A DNA stretch of 64,000 bases from an uncultured Candidatus Saccharibacteria bacterium (GTDB lineage: Bacteria > Patescibacteriota > Minisyncoccia > Phycocordibacterales > UBA9973). The position numbers were made by a program, and so were the translations under genes. The notes under the pieces were generated by a model, which saw nothing but the letters and a program-made list of their open reading frames with translations, was not told the DNA's origin and made no database searches. The stretch spans positions 9,168 to 73,167 of the forward strand of contig CAYTXV010000002.1 of assembly GCA_964441495.1 (NCBI GenBank). Reading direction: 5' to 3'. Below are positions 19,039-27,695 of the stretch, piece by piece. Each line of letters opens with the position of its first letter. Positions within the stretch are counted from its first letter, which is position 1.

Positions 19039-20544
19039 TCAATCAATCTTTGGTCGGTACTGGAGCGCTTCAAGGATGTGCGGGAGTTCGACAGTTTCGC
19101 TTCCCTCAAGGTCTGCAATCGTGCGCGCAACTTTGATCGTACGCAGGTATACACGTGGAGAGAGTTTGAGTTTCTCCGCGTAGAGTTTCAGTTGCGCGCG
19201 TGCATCATCGCGAAGCGTTGCAAGTGTGTGTACTTCTGTTGGTGTGAGTTTGTTGTTAAGCTTCCCGTTTCTTTGCTGTTGTATGGCGCGCGCACGAGCA
19301 ACTGTTTCCCGGATCGTTTCACTTTCGCTGCGTGCGCGCGCCTCATGCAGTGTGTCGTACTCAACGTGTTGTACTGGCACCCACAGATCGATGCGATCCA
19401 TGATCGGTCCAGAAATCTTTTTGGTATAGCGAGCTATCTCCATACCGCTACAAACGCAGTGCTTGATCCCGCTTCCACGATACCCGCACGGACACGGATT
19501 CATCGCAGCAAGTAATAGAAACTCCGCAGGATATCTGACACTTCCTTTTGCGCGAGCGATGGTGATTGCGCCGTCTTCGATTGGTTCACGCAGTGCCTCG
19601 AGGACTCTTCGATCAAACTCTGGAAACTCATCGAGGTATAGTACGCCACGATGTGCGAGTGTGATGTCACCAGGACGAAGCGCTTGTCCACCACCGATGA
19701 TCGCAACATGTGATGCGCTGTGGTGCGGAGATCGCAGTGGTGCTGTGCCACCGAGTGCATCATTTATCAAACCTATCGATGAGTAGATCGTTGCGACTTC
19801 GAGAAACGTTTGTGGATCAAGGAGTGGCATGATCCCATGAAACGCTTTGGCAAGCATTGTCTTGCCGGTACCAGGTGGACCGTAAAGTACGATGTTGTGT
19901 CCACCTGCTGCAGCTATCGTGAGTGCACGCTTTGCTTGGAGTTGTCCGCGCACATCTCCGATGTCGACAGTGCTCGGTGTGAGTGTTGGTGTCGGAGGTG
20001 CATACATCGCTTCGTGTAACACAGATGCGCCAGAGAGGTGTGAAACAAGTGATGCAAGTGTCGGCACCAGATAGCACGTGATACCTTGCACAAGTGTTGC
20101 TTCGGTTTGATTTGTCTCTGGTATGTAGAGCTCGTGATACCCGTGTGCGATCGCCCACGCAGCGATCGAAAGTACTCCGCGCACAGGACGTACGTCACCG
20201 TTGAGTGCAAGTTCTCCGACAAATACTTTGTCTGATGGATCAAACACAAGCGCGTCACTTGCGCACAGGTATCCAAGTGCGATCGCAACATCGCAGTATG
20301 CACCTTCTTTGCGAAGTTCTGCCGGTGAGAGTGACACAATCACTTTGTGATTTTCTGCTTTGGGATTTTTGTCCAGACTATTACGTAGTGCACTCACGAC
20401 ACGCTCGCGAGACTCTTCCACACTTTTGTCTGGAAGCCCGACGATTTGAAACACATACAATCCGCGATTGATATCTGTCTCGACAACAACACCTGTTGCA
20501 CTCAGTCCCGAAAGCTGCGCGCTATTGATCCGCGAAAATGCCAT
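19039..20544 (-). CDS. comM: YifB/ComM-family Mg-chelatase-like AAA+ ATPase
   Basis: The N-terminus MAFSRINSAQLSGLSATGVVVETDI matches the family. Walker A is GPPGTGKTM and Walker B is VLYLDEFPEF. The track ORF begins 9 codons earlier, at 20571. Confidence 0.85.
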   Translation of the reverse strand: MAFSRINSAQLSGLSATGVVVETDINRGLYVFQIVGLPDKSVEESRERVVSALRNSLDKNPKAENHKVIVSLSPAELRKEGAYCDVAIALGYLCASDALVFDPSDKVFVGELALNGDVRPVRGVLSIAAWAIAHGYHELYIPETNQTEATLVQGITCYLVPTLASLVSHLSGASVLHEAMYAPPTPTLTPSTVDIGDVRGQLQAKRALTIAAAGGHNIVLYGPPGTGKTMLAKAFHGIMPLLDPQTFLEVATIYSSIGLINDALGGTAPLRSPHHSASHVAIIGGGQALRPGDITLAHRGVLYLDEFPEFDRRVLEALREPIEDGAITIARAKGSVRYPAEFLLLAAMNPCPCGYRGSGIKHCVCSGMEIARYTKKISGPIMDRIDLWVPVQHVEYDTLHEARARSESETIRETVARARAIQQQRNGKLNNKLTPTEVHTLATLRDDARAQLKLYAEKLKLSPRVYLRTIKVARTIADLEGSETVELPHILEALQYRPKID

Positions 20545-20595
20545 GAAACAATCATCGCAAATCGAGTTCAAGAAAAGTTCAAGATGGTGAAACAG

Positions 20596-20940
20596 TTAGT
20601 TGTAGCGGTAGTATTTTTGTTGGAAGTGTTTGATATACCCTTTTGCATCGACTTCGATGTTTTCTTTTTTGTAAAACTCCATTCGCTTCTTTTCATATTG
20701 TGGTGTGAGCCAGACACGTCCGCCTGCGTATACGATCCGGTGAAACGGTATCTGTGTCACTCCATGTTCAGATGCTTTTCCAAGTATTGCAGTAACGGAT
20801 CGTGCCGCCTGTCCGCCACCACCAGCTGCGCGGGCGATGTCTCCATATGTTGTCACTTTGCCATGTGGGATCATGAGTGCACACGCAATCACTCTTTCAG
20901 AAAACGTTTTTCCAATTTCTTTTTTTACGATTTTTTTCAT
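20596..20940 (-). CDS. MGMT-family DNA-binding protein lacking the acceptor cysteine (alkyltransferase-like, ATL)
   Basis: 114 aa with IPHGKVTTYGDIA and IPFHRIV where active methyltransferases have PCHRV. Confidence 0.65.
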   Translation of the reverse strand: MKKIVKKEIGKTFSERVIACALMIPHGKVTTYGDIARAAGGGGQAARSVTAILGKASEHGVTQIPFHRIVYAGGRVWLTPQYEKKRMEFYKKENIEVDAKGYIKHFQQKYYRYN

Positions 20941-20981
20941 GACTTAATAGTAAAACAACCCCTCAGTGTGAGGGGGATGTT

Positions 20982-21335
20982 TTACTCATTCATATGTGCT
21001 TTGCTTGTGCGTGCTGCTGGGTTGGCTTCGAGACGGTCCTGCTCGATCGGTTCACCAGATACTTCGCAGATGCCGTATGTTCCTTTCTCTATTTTTTCGA
21101 GAGCATCTTTTATGTCGACAAGTCTTTTCTGTAGAGTGCTTACCATAGCACTTCTTTCTTCAAAGTCTTCAAATCGATCTGCTGCGTCATTGTCATCGAT
21201 CTCTCCCATAAGGTCCTGATCAGGCGTTGCCTCCCAGACACCGGTTTCGGTGTTAAAGAGCGCGATGCTGCCGAGCTCTTCTTCGAGTGTTGCCTTTTCT
21301 GCCAAGAGTTTTTCTTTGTAGTCTGATGTCTTCAT
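20982..21335 (-). CDS. DksA/TraR-like protein with a degenerate zinc finger
   Basis: A coiled-coil N-terminus is followed by GTYGICEVSGEPIEQDRLEANPAARTSKAH; only 1 of the usual 4 Cys residues is present. Start taken at MKTSDYKE; the track ORF extends to 21383. Confidence 0.5.
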   Translation of the reverse strand: MKTSDYKEKLLAEKATLEEELGSIALFNTETGVWEATPDQDLMGEIDDNDAADRFEDFEERSAMVSTLQKRLVDIKDALEKIEKGTYGICEVSGEPIEQDRLEANPAARTSKAHMNE

Positions 21336-21388
21336 GAGCGATATAGTAGCACGCCTGTCCCAAAGCACAATAGGGTTTTGCACACCAC

Positions 21389-22261
21389 TTACCGCTGGCG
21401 GATGATGGTGTCGTAGACCGACTTGAGTACTTGTGGGTTGCTTGCAATCACCACGGTTTGGTCAGTTGCGTAGCCGTAGTAGAGGGTAATCGTTTCGATG
21501 TTTGTATCGATGTTGCGAGAGATGAGTGTGCGTACAGGGAGGTTGTACATGTAGGTGCTGGTGAAGCTCGTACCAACTTCATTGATTGGTTGGAGTGTGT
21601 CTATGCGCAAGAGTGGTGCAAGTGCTTCGAGGAGTTTGGGTTCGGCGATGAGGAGCTCTTTGGAAGCGATTTCTGGATTGGGAGCATAGAGTATGACAAA
21701 CGGTGATGCGCCATCATCGGTGCGATAGATCCCGAGTCGCGCAATACTAAATGCTGCAGCAAACGGTTCACCAAATTCCATACCGAGGTATGTCAGTGTG
21801 TCTTCATATGAACGAGGTGCTCCATCTAGGGTCAGTGGTACAAGGACCGGTTTGTTGAGCGGGATGCTTGTGTCAGTGTCTGCATTTGTCACGATCTGCA
21901 GCGGTGTCGCGCTCTCAGTTGCAACAGGTGCAGTTGATTGAAACACTCCCACTGATGCAGTTGGTACAACAGGTACTGTAAGTGTTCGGAAATAATACAC
22001 TCCATATGTAGCTGCCCCCAGCCCAAGTAGGATGAGTATGACGGCACCGGCCGTGTACCAGCGCTTTTGTTTGTGCGTCTCGATGCGGTTGCGCTCACCT
22101 TCTTCTCGTTCGCGTGCTGTTTTGAGAAGGTCTTGCACTACAGAAGCCTCGGTAGTGTTCATCGCAAGCGAGAGATCATCCTCGTACGTGTGGATGATTG
22201 GGCCCTGCGGCTCGGGTGCGTGTGGTTCTTGTGGATGTGTTGGGAGTGGTGTTTCAGGCAT
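21389..22261 (-). CDS. membrane-anchored hypothetical protein
   Basis: 290 aa with a single TM (WYTAGAVILILLGLGAATYGVYYF) after a cytoplasmic N-terminus. No family recognised. Confidence 0.5.
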   Translation of the reverse strand: MPETPLPTHPQEPHAPEPQGPIIHTYEDDLSLAMNTTEASVVQDLLKTAREREEGERNRIETHKQKRWYTAGAVILILLGLGAATYGVYYFRTLTVPVVPTASVGVFQSTAPVATESATPLQIVTNADTDTSIPLNKPVLVPLTLDGAPRSYEDTLTYLGMEFGEPFAAAFSIARLGIYRTDDGASPFVILYAPNPEIASKELLIAEPKLLEALAPLLRIDTLQPINEVGTSFTSTYMYNLPVRTLISRNIDTNIETITLYYGYATDQTVVIASNPQVLKSVYDTIIRQR

Positions 22262-22267
22262 ACTATG

Positions 22268-22777
22268 TTAGTAACCGATCAGGTACTTTTTGGCGTGTGT
22301 TGATAGATCAAAGAAATCATCAGCAACCCCTTTGAGCGATGTAGAGGCACTTTGACCAAACGTTGCAACTTCAACTTGGACACCGTGATGGTAGCGCAAG
22401 TAGTTGCATAGCGGGACAAAGTCCCCATCGCCAGAGACGATGATGATCGCATCGAGCTTGGGAGCCATTGTGACGCAGTCGATCGCAAGGCCGATGTCCC
22501 AGTCTGCTTTCTTGCTTCCGTCATAAAAGATTTGGAGGTCTTTGCTTCGTGTTTCGATGCCGGCTTTGTTGAGTGCTGCGAGGAATGCTTTTTCATCTTC
22601 GTTTTCTGTGGTGATGACGTACGCGATTGCGCGCACGAGCGATCGTCCTGCGAGCACGTCTTTGACGACGTTTGCAAAGTTTACTTTGCGTTTATAAATG
22701 TGTTTTGCGGTGTGATAGAGGTTTTGTGCGTCGATAAATATCCCAACGCGCTGATCTTTGTGTTTGATGATTGCCAT
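22268..22777 (-). CDS. NYN/LabA-like (PIN-related) domain protein
   Basis: 169 aa with RVGIFIDAQNLYHTAK...IIIVSGDGDFVPL, typical of NYN domains. Confidence 0.75.
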   Translation of the reverse strand: MAIIKHKDQRVGIFIDAQNLYHTAKHIYKRKVNFANVVKDVLAGRSLVRAIAYVITTENEDEKAFLAALNKAGIETRSKDLQIFYDGSKKADWDIGLAIDCVTMAPKLDAIIIVSGDGDFVPLCNYLRYHHGVQVEVATFGQSASTSLKGVADDFFDLSTHAKKYLIGY

Positions 22778-22870
22778 ACAGTATAAAAATAACTATGCTA
22801 CGTATTTAAATAAAAAGAGACACCTATAAGTATACAGCAAAACACTCCGTCTGTACGGAGTGTTTGTGTA

Positions 22871-23131
22871 TTATCCTTTGATAAGTTTTGCAACTTCTTT
22901 GTGTTGCTCAGGGTTTGTCTTTTCGAGTACCTTGAGGTGACTTCGTCGATCAGCAACCATTTTGATGAGGCCGCGTCGTGAGTGATTGTCTTTCTTGTGC
23001 TTTTTGAGGTGAGTCGCAAGAAGATCAATCTTTTCGCTCAGCATTGCCACCTGCACTTTCTTGCTTCCGGTGTCGGATGCGTGCACTTGGTGCTTTTTGA
23101 TGATTGTCTGCTTTTTCTTGGTTGATAGCAT
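22871..23131 (-). CDS. rpsO: 30S ribosomal protein S15
   Basis: The internal start MLSTKKKQTIIKKHQVHASDTGS...HLKKHKKDNHSRRGL gives 86 aa, which matches S15. The track ORF (to 23284) is over-extended. Confidence 0.9.
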   Translation of the reverse strand: MLSTKKKQTIIKKHQVHASDTGSKKVQVAMLSEKIDLLATHLKKHKKDNHSRRGLIKMVADRRSHLKVLEKTNPEQHKEVAKLIKG

Positions 23132-23203
23132 AGTGGAGACATCATACCACACCCGTGTCAAAAATGCAAGTACTCCCCTATACGTCGCACAATAGTTCCG
23201 CGG

Positions 23204-23209
23204 TATACT
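23204..23209 (+). promoter_or_regulatory. -10 box TATACT, 7 nt upstream of the xerC ATG (leaderless-type arrangement)
   Basis: ggTATACTctggtgtATG. The same geometry recurs at several genes in the window. Confidence 0.4.
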
Positions 23210-23216
23210 CTGGTGT

Positions 23217-24131
23217 ATGGATTTTGCATCTGCCAAACGGCAATTTTTGGAATACATAGAGATAGAAAAGGGTCGCTCGCTCAAAACGGTTGAGAACTAC
23301 GACCACTACCTTACCCGCTTTGCTGTCGATATGGGGATCAAGCGTGTCAAAGACATCACCGAGGACACATTGCGTGAGTTTCGTCTCAAGCTCAACCGTG
23401 CCTCCGGTGTCAAAGTCCGCGGGCAAGCCTCTGCCACGATGAAGAAAAACACACAAAACTACTACATGATCGCAGTCAGATCATTTCTCAAGTACTGTCG
23501 CAAGCGAAACATCGATGCGGTTGCACCGGACGCCATAGAGCTTGCCAAGACTGGGGCGCGACACCTCGATCTCATCTCAACAGACGAACTCAATCGCCTT
23601 CTCAAAGCTCCCGATACAACGACGATCAAAGGGCTTCGTGACAAAGCACTGCTTGAGCTGTTTTTCTCTACAGGGCTTCGTCTCGCAGAACTATGCTCGC
23701 TCAACAACGATCTCGACCTTTCGCGCGATGAGTTTTCTATACGGGGTAAGGGTGAAAAAGTGCGCGTCGTGTTTATCTCAAATGATGCGCGCAGTGCGAT
23801 CAAGGCGTACCTCAAAGCCCGCAAAGACATGGAGGAAGCAATGTTTGTTGACCTTGCCAAAAATGGTGCAGGTCGCAAAGATCGTCGCCTCACCCCCCGC
23901 TCTATCGAGCGCATCGTCCGCGAGTACGCGATCAAGGCCGGGATAAGCAAAAAGGTTACCCCACACGTCTTGCGTCACTCATTTGCGACCAACCTGCTCT
24001 CCAACGGCGCCGACATCCGCTCAGTCCAGATGATGCTCGGGCATGCCAACATCGCCACCACCCAGGTCTACACCCACATCACCGACAAACAACTGCGCGA
24101 AGTACACAAGAAGTTTCATAGCAAGAAGTAG
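23217..24131 (+). CDS. tyrosine recombinase, XerC/XerD family
   Basis: 304 aa with an N-terminal SAM-like domain and the C-terminal catalytic region HVLRHSFATNLLSNGADIRSVQMMLGHANIATTQVYTHI. Confidence 0.85.
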   Translation: MDFASAKRQFLEYIEIEKGRSLKTVENYDHYLTRFAVDMGIKRVKDITEDTLREFRLKLNRASGVKVRGQASATMKKNTQNYYMIAVRSFLKYCRKRNIDAVAPDAIELAKTGARHLDLISTDELNRLLKAPDTTTIKGLRDKALLELFFSTGLRLAELCSLNNDLDLSRDEFSIRGKGEKVRVVFISNDARSAIKAYLKARKDMEEAMFVDLAKNGAGRKDRRLTPRSIERIVREYAIKAGISKKVTPHVLRHSFATNLLSNGADIRSVQMMLGHANIATTQVYTHITDKQLREVHKKFHSKK

Positions 24132-24160
24132 TTGACAAAACTATATAAAAATGCTATAAT
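24132..24160 (+). promoter_or_regulatory. consensus sigma70-type promoter TTGACA-N17-TATAAT
   Basis: TTGACA at 24132..24137 and TATAAT at 24155..24160 with an exact 17-nt spacer, 78 nt upstream of the 24238 ATG. Confidence 0.6.
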
Positions 24161-24237
24161 AAATTTAGATTAAAAATGGTGTATAGTCCTACCAAAAGAT
24201 AAGTGGACTGATCTTTCAAAAAACAAAATCAAAAATA

Positions 24238-24915
24238 ATGAAAAAAATCTTTTTTCTCGGACTGTTGTCCTTGGTATTTTTTGCTTCATATGCTCAGCAA
24301 GTGCAAAATAAACCCGATTTTCCTGTTACCATCCCGGATCAGCCTGTGGTGAGCAATGCGGTAAATAACACAATCAATGTGTACCCGCCGGCAACGATCA
24401 CCGCTGGAAAATCCAGTAAAGGTTACAACAAGCAGCACCAGAAGGTTGAACACTGTACATCGTACCCCTCCCAGTACCCCTCCCAGAAAAATGAATACTG
24501 GAGAGGTAAGTATGAAGGCTTTAATGAAGGGTTGAGGTATAACGACACTTTGAAACAAGTACCCACCCCTGTTACTACCAGATGGTACGATGATCCGTTT
24601 CTACTAATGTTGTCTCTGTTGTTGTTTTTTGCAGGTATATGGTTGGTTACAATTGTTTTATACGCTGCAAAACGGCAACAACAACCGCCATCAGTGACGG
24701 TGCACAACAACATCCCGTCGACACCGCCCGCATCACCCGCCCCGTCAGCTATTGTTCCTCTTTCAAAAGAAGAACTCGAAATAGCAATGGAAAAGGCAAA
24801 AAGTTCTGGCTCAGTGTTCAGCCGCAAGGCTGATGGTTCATACGAGATCTGCTTTATGGATCCGAAGCCGAAAGAGGTGTCAGCAGCGGATACTGGTGAA
24901 AAAAAGAAAGATTGA
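24238..24915 (+). CDS. secreted/membrane hypothetical protein
   Basis: 225 aa with a signal peptide (MKKIFFLGLLSLVFFASYAQQ), one central TM (LLMLSLLLFFAGIWLVTIVLYA) and a Pro-rich segment. It has its own promoter and terminator. Confidence 0.55.
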   Translation: MKKIFFLGLLSLVFFASYAQQVQNKPDFPVTIPDQPVVSNAVNNTINVYPPATITAGKSSKGYNKQHQKVEHCTSYPSQYPSQKNEYWRGKYEGFNEGLRYNDTLKQVPTPVTTRWYDDPFLLMLSLLLFFAGIWLVTIVLYAAKRQQQPPSVTVHNNIPSTPPASPAPSAIVPLSKEELEIAMEKAKSSGSVFSRKADGSYEICFMDPKPKEVSAADTGEKKKD

Positions 24916-24937
24916 TTTTGTGAAGTGTGAATTAGAG

Positions 24938-24965
24938 CCGCAACCTACGGGTGTGCGGTTTTTTT
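24938..24965 (+). terminator. intrinsic terminator
   Basis: Hairpin ccgcaacctacgggtgtgcgg followed by T7. Confidence 0.6.
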
Positions 24966-25248
24966 GTTAGTTATACACACCCCGCGCTATTGCCCAGTTT
25001 TGGTGCTGTTGGTACACTGTACCCAGAATAGAGTTGTTTGAAATCTATATATCAAACCATCAACGACCATCATGTCGTCCCACAGCATTGTGTGCGCCCG
25101 TAGTCATACGAGTATCTCAAACAAAAACATCGTAGTTCTTTAACTTTTTATCTCCTATGGAATAATTTTTCCATCTCCAATATATTTAAAAGCCCTTTTC
25201 TTTACAGAGGGCTTTTCTTTTTTCAATTTTTGTGGTTTAATATGAAAA

Positions 25249-25422
25249 ATGATCTTTATTATGAACAAGAACCAACCGAATGGATTAATTGTAGTAATTA
25301 CTGTTACCCTTTTGTACACAACTGCCGTATTTGCGTGGGAATATCGTGACGAGATTTCCCGTGCTCAAAAAACCAGCTTGGTGCTTCAAACACCATTAAA
25401 AGATACCTCTCAGGCAAATTAA
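25249..25422 (+). CDS. small membrane protein (57 aa), candidate
   Basis: MIFIMNKNQPNGLIVVITVTLLYTTAVFAWEYRDEI... has one TM helix and is below the track's size cutoff. TGgTTTAAT (25233..25241) lies 7 nt upstream of the ATG, and the hairpin cccttctcaccgaagggg follows the stop. Confidence 0.35.
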   Translation: MIFIMNKNQPNGLIVVITVTLLYTTAVFAWEYRDEISRAQKTSLVLQTPLKDTSQAN

Positions 25423-25500
25423 TTTTTTCACCAAAACCCCCTTCTCACCGAAGGGGTTCTTTTATTGCTCGCTTGTGGATGCAGAGTATACTTCTCCCAT

Positions 25501-26271
25501 ATGCGCATCATCTCCTGGAATACCAACGGCCTCCGAGCGACTGCCAAGCAGGGGTACTTTGATCCCCTCTTTAGCGATTACGACCCCGATATCGTTTGTC
25601 TCCAGGAGGTCAAGGCGACTCCGGAGCAGCTTCCGCTTGAGGTTCGTGATGTGTTTGGGTATGAGAGTTATTTCCTCGCACCACAAGAGAAAAAGGGCTA
25701 CAGCGGGGTTGCCGTCTATACGAGAGAGTCTCCTATAGCAGTCACCTATGGCATGGGCATACCCGAGCTCGATACCGAAGGACGCCTCATCACCTGTGAG
25801 TACGCGGACTTTTATCTCGTCAACGGTTACTTCCCCAACGGCGGCGGTGCTCCCGAGCGCCTCGAGTACAAACTCGCGTTTTATGATGCATTTCTTGCCT
25901 ATATAGAGAGACTCCAAAAGAAAAAGCCGGTCATCTGGTGCGGCGACGTCAATGTCGCCCATACTGAGATAGATCTCGCCCGCCCCCGAGAAAACGTTGA
26001 TCACGTCGGCTTCCTCCCTATCGAACGTGCATGGATGGACAAGGTAGTTGATCGTGGATGGGTAGATGTGTTTCGTCACCTACACCCTCAAGATATAGAG
26101 GTATATACATACTGGGACCAAAAGACTCGTGCTCGAGAGCGCAATGTCGGCTGGCGCATCGATTACTTCTTTGTTTCCCCTACCCTCATCGACAAAGTAA
26201 AAGGGTTTCAAACGATCACTGACTACTACGGGAGTGACCACTGCCCTATCCTCCTCGAGATCAAGCAATAA
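25501..26271 (+). CDS. xth: exodeoxyribonuclease III (AP endonuclease)
   Basis: The start MRIISWNTNGLRA is canonical. The protein also has ...CLQEVK... and a C-terminal SDHCPI. The track ORF begins 12 codons earlier. Confidence 0.9.
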   Translation: MRIISWNTNGLRATAKQGYFDPLFSDYDPDIVCLQEVKATPEQLPLEVRDVFGYESYFLAPQEKKGYSGVAVYTRESPIAVTYGMGIPELDTEGRLITCEYADFYLVNGYFPNGGGAPERLEYKLAFYDAFLAYIERLQKKKPVIWCGDVNVAHTEIDLARPRENVDHVGFLPIERAWMDKVVDRGWVDVFRHLHPQDIEVYTYWDQKTRARERNVGWRIDYFFVSPTLIDKVKGFQTITDYYGSDHCPILLEIKQ

Positions 26272-26323
26272 CTGTACAAAAAAGGATTTTGTGCTATAGT
26301 TGGTGCAAAACCCCTTGCAAAAT

Positions 26324-26551
26324 ATGAAAATGTTTACGTTAAACTCGTCAAAAATCAAAAGACCCGCTTATGTTCGTAGAATCTTTCAATTTAAAAAACC
26401 ACTGGATCCCCGTTTCGACGGCACAGTCAAAAACCACGAATCAGCCATAGGAGCTGAAGACGAAGCAAGAGTAATCGACCTTAAGCAGTCTATCCCTGGA
26501 AAAGATTACCATAATGCGATGGAGCACTTTGTTCCTGAAGGTCGTTATTGA
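26324..26551 (+). CDS. hypothetical small protein
   Basis: 75 aa from the first ATG, with TGcTATAGT at 26292..26300 upstream and a strong terminator downstream. No family recognised. Confidence 0.4.
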   Translation: MKMFTLNSSKIKRPAYVRRIFQFKKPLDPRFDGTVKNHESAIGAEDEARVIDLKQSIPGKDYHNAMEHFVPEGRY

Positions 26552-26558
26552 AATCAAA

Positions 26559-26585
26559 GCCCCGCAATATTGCGGGGCCATTTTT
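26559..26585 (+). terminator. intrinsic terminator
   Basis: 20-nt perfect palindrome gccccgcaatattgcggggc (26559..26578) followed by a T-rich run. Confidence 0.75.
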
Positions 26586-26818
26586 ATTTCATGCCCGTTT
26601 GAGTGGGCGGGGTCGGTATCAGCATACTTGTCGTTGCACATATACCGTTTTGAGTTTGCGGTCATGTAAAGGTGCTGCTGCAGCGAGCTTGGCTGTTTCG
26701 GTCGTTATAGACCTGATAGGTTTCTTTCTTATCATAAATAGATACAATTTGTGCTTAGTATACAAAAATCACCTTGTATTGCAAGGTAAAAAGAGTATAG
26801 TTATAAAAACACGCACTA

Positions 26819-27270
26819 TGAAACGTATCAAAAAGATCTGGGAACAGCTCTTTGGTGATTTGCCCTACCCACCGCATACGACACTGTGCCAAGATATACT
26901 TTATCGCGCACTTTGTTACAGAGAAGATTATATGCGGATTGTTTTTGATGTAGAAAATCATCGTATTTCTAACGAAAATGATCAGGTTGAAGTTCTTACA
27001 AAAGTAGAAGACAATATCCGCGCTCTCCATGAGATGTTGTTGCAGTTTCGAAACCTTCTACACTGCGTTTCCCATGAGCCGATTCATCGTAAGGAGCTCA
27101 ATAGCCTTATTGAAGATGTTCAGTTTGATTATGAACGGGTTGCTACAGAAATTGATTTGATTTGCGATGATTTTGACAGACTTTATGGGCATCTCCTGTG
27201 GACCATGGGGTGTTTCCCTACCGCAAAGATTCGCTGCGAAGAGCAGTACTACGTTCCTCAAAACAACTAA
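26819..27270 (+). CDS. hypothetical protein
   Basis: 150 aa from MKRIKKIWEQLF. The upstream part of the track ORF (from 26548) overlaps the terminator and is unlikely to be coding. The hairpin aacaccccTTTGTATggggtgtt follows the stop. Confidence 0.45.
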
Positions 27271-27291
27271 CACCCCTTTGTATGGGGTGTT

Positions 27292-27660
27292 TTATTTGTC
27301 TGTTATGTTGAGGTAGTGCTGGTATTCGAGTGCGGTTTCGGGGACATGGTACTTGTTTGCTTTGCACCAAGCGATGAATGCTTCGACAGAGTGAGGGTCG
27401 AGGACTTCCCTCTCGTGTGTTTCTGGGCGACTTTTGGCAAATGGGTCCACTGCCCGATAGGTTGCTTTGGGAGAAGTGCCCTCTTTGATGACCCATCCGT
27501 TTTGCATGAGGCGTTTGAGGACTGATTGGATGGTTACACGACTTTTGCCGAGGATGAGCGCGAGTTCATGAGGTGATGCTGGTCGTTTGATCCGAGTGAG
27601 ATACTGCAGTACCGCAACGTATGCTACCTGTTCCCCGCCTACTTTGATGCTTTCTTGCAT
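27292..27660 (-). CDS. winged-helix (MarR/IclR-N-like) DNA-binding protein
   Basis: 122 aa. VAYVAVLQYLTRIKRPASPHELALILGKSRVTIQSVLKRLMQNGWVIKEG is a typical wHTH. The C-terminal 50 aa are unassigned. Confidence 0.65.
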   Translation of the reverse strand: MQESIKVGGEQVAYVAVLQYLTRIKRPASPHELALILGKSRVTIQSVLKRLMQNGWVIKEGTSPKATYRAVDPFAKSRPETHEREVLDPHSVEAFIAWCKANKYHVPETALEYQHYLNITDK

Positions 27661-27662
27661 AG

Positions 27663-27695
27663 TTACACTTTACAGTAAAGTGTAAAGTATTGCAA
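27663..27695 (-). promoter_or_regulatory. promoter of the wHTH gene overlapped by a 23-bp perfect palindrome (putative operator)
   Basis: The minus strand reads TTGCAA(27695..27690)-N17-TAAAGT(27672..27667)-6 nt-ATG(27660). The palindrome TTACACTTTACAGTAAAGTGTAA spans 27663..27685, covering the spacer and -10. Confidence 0.5.
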
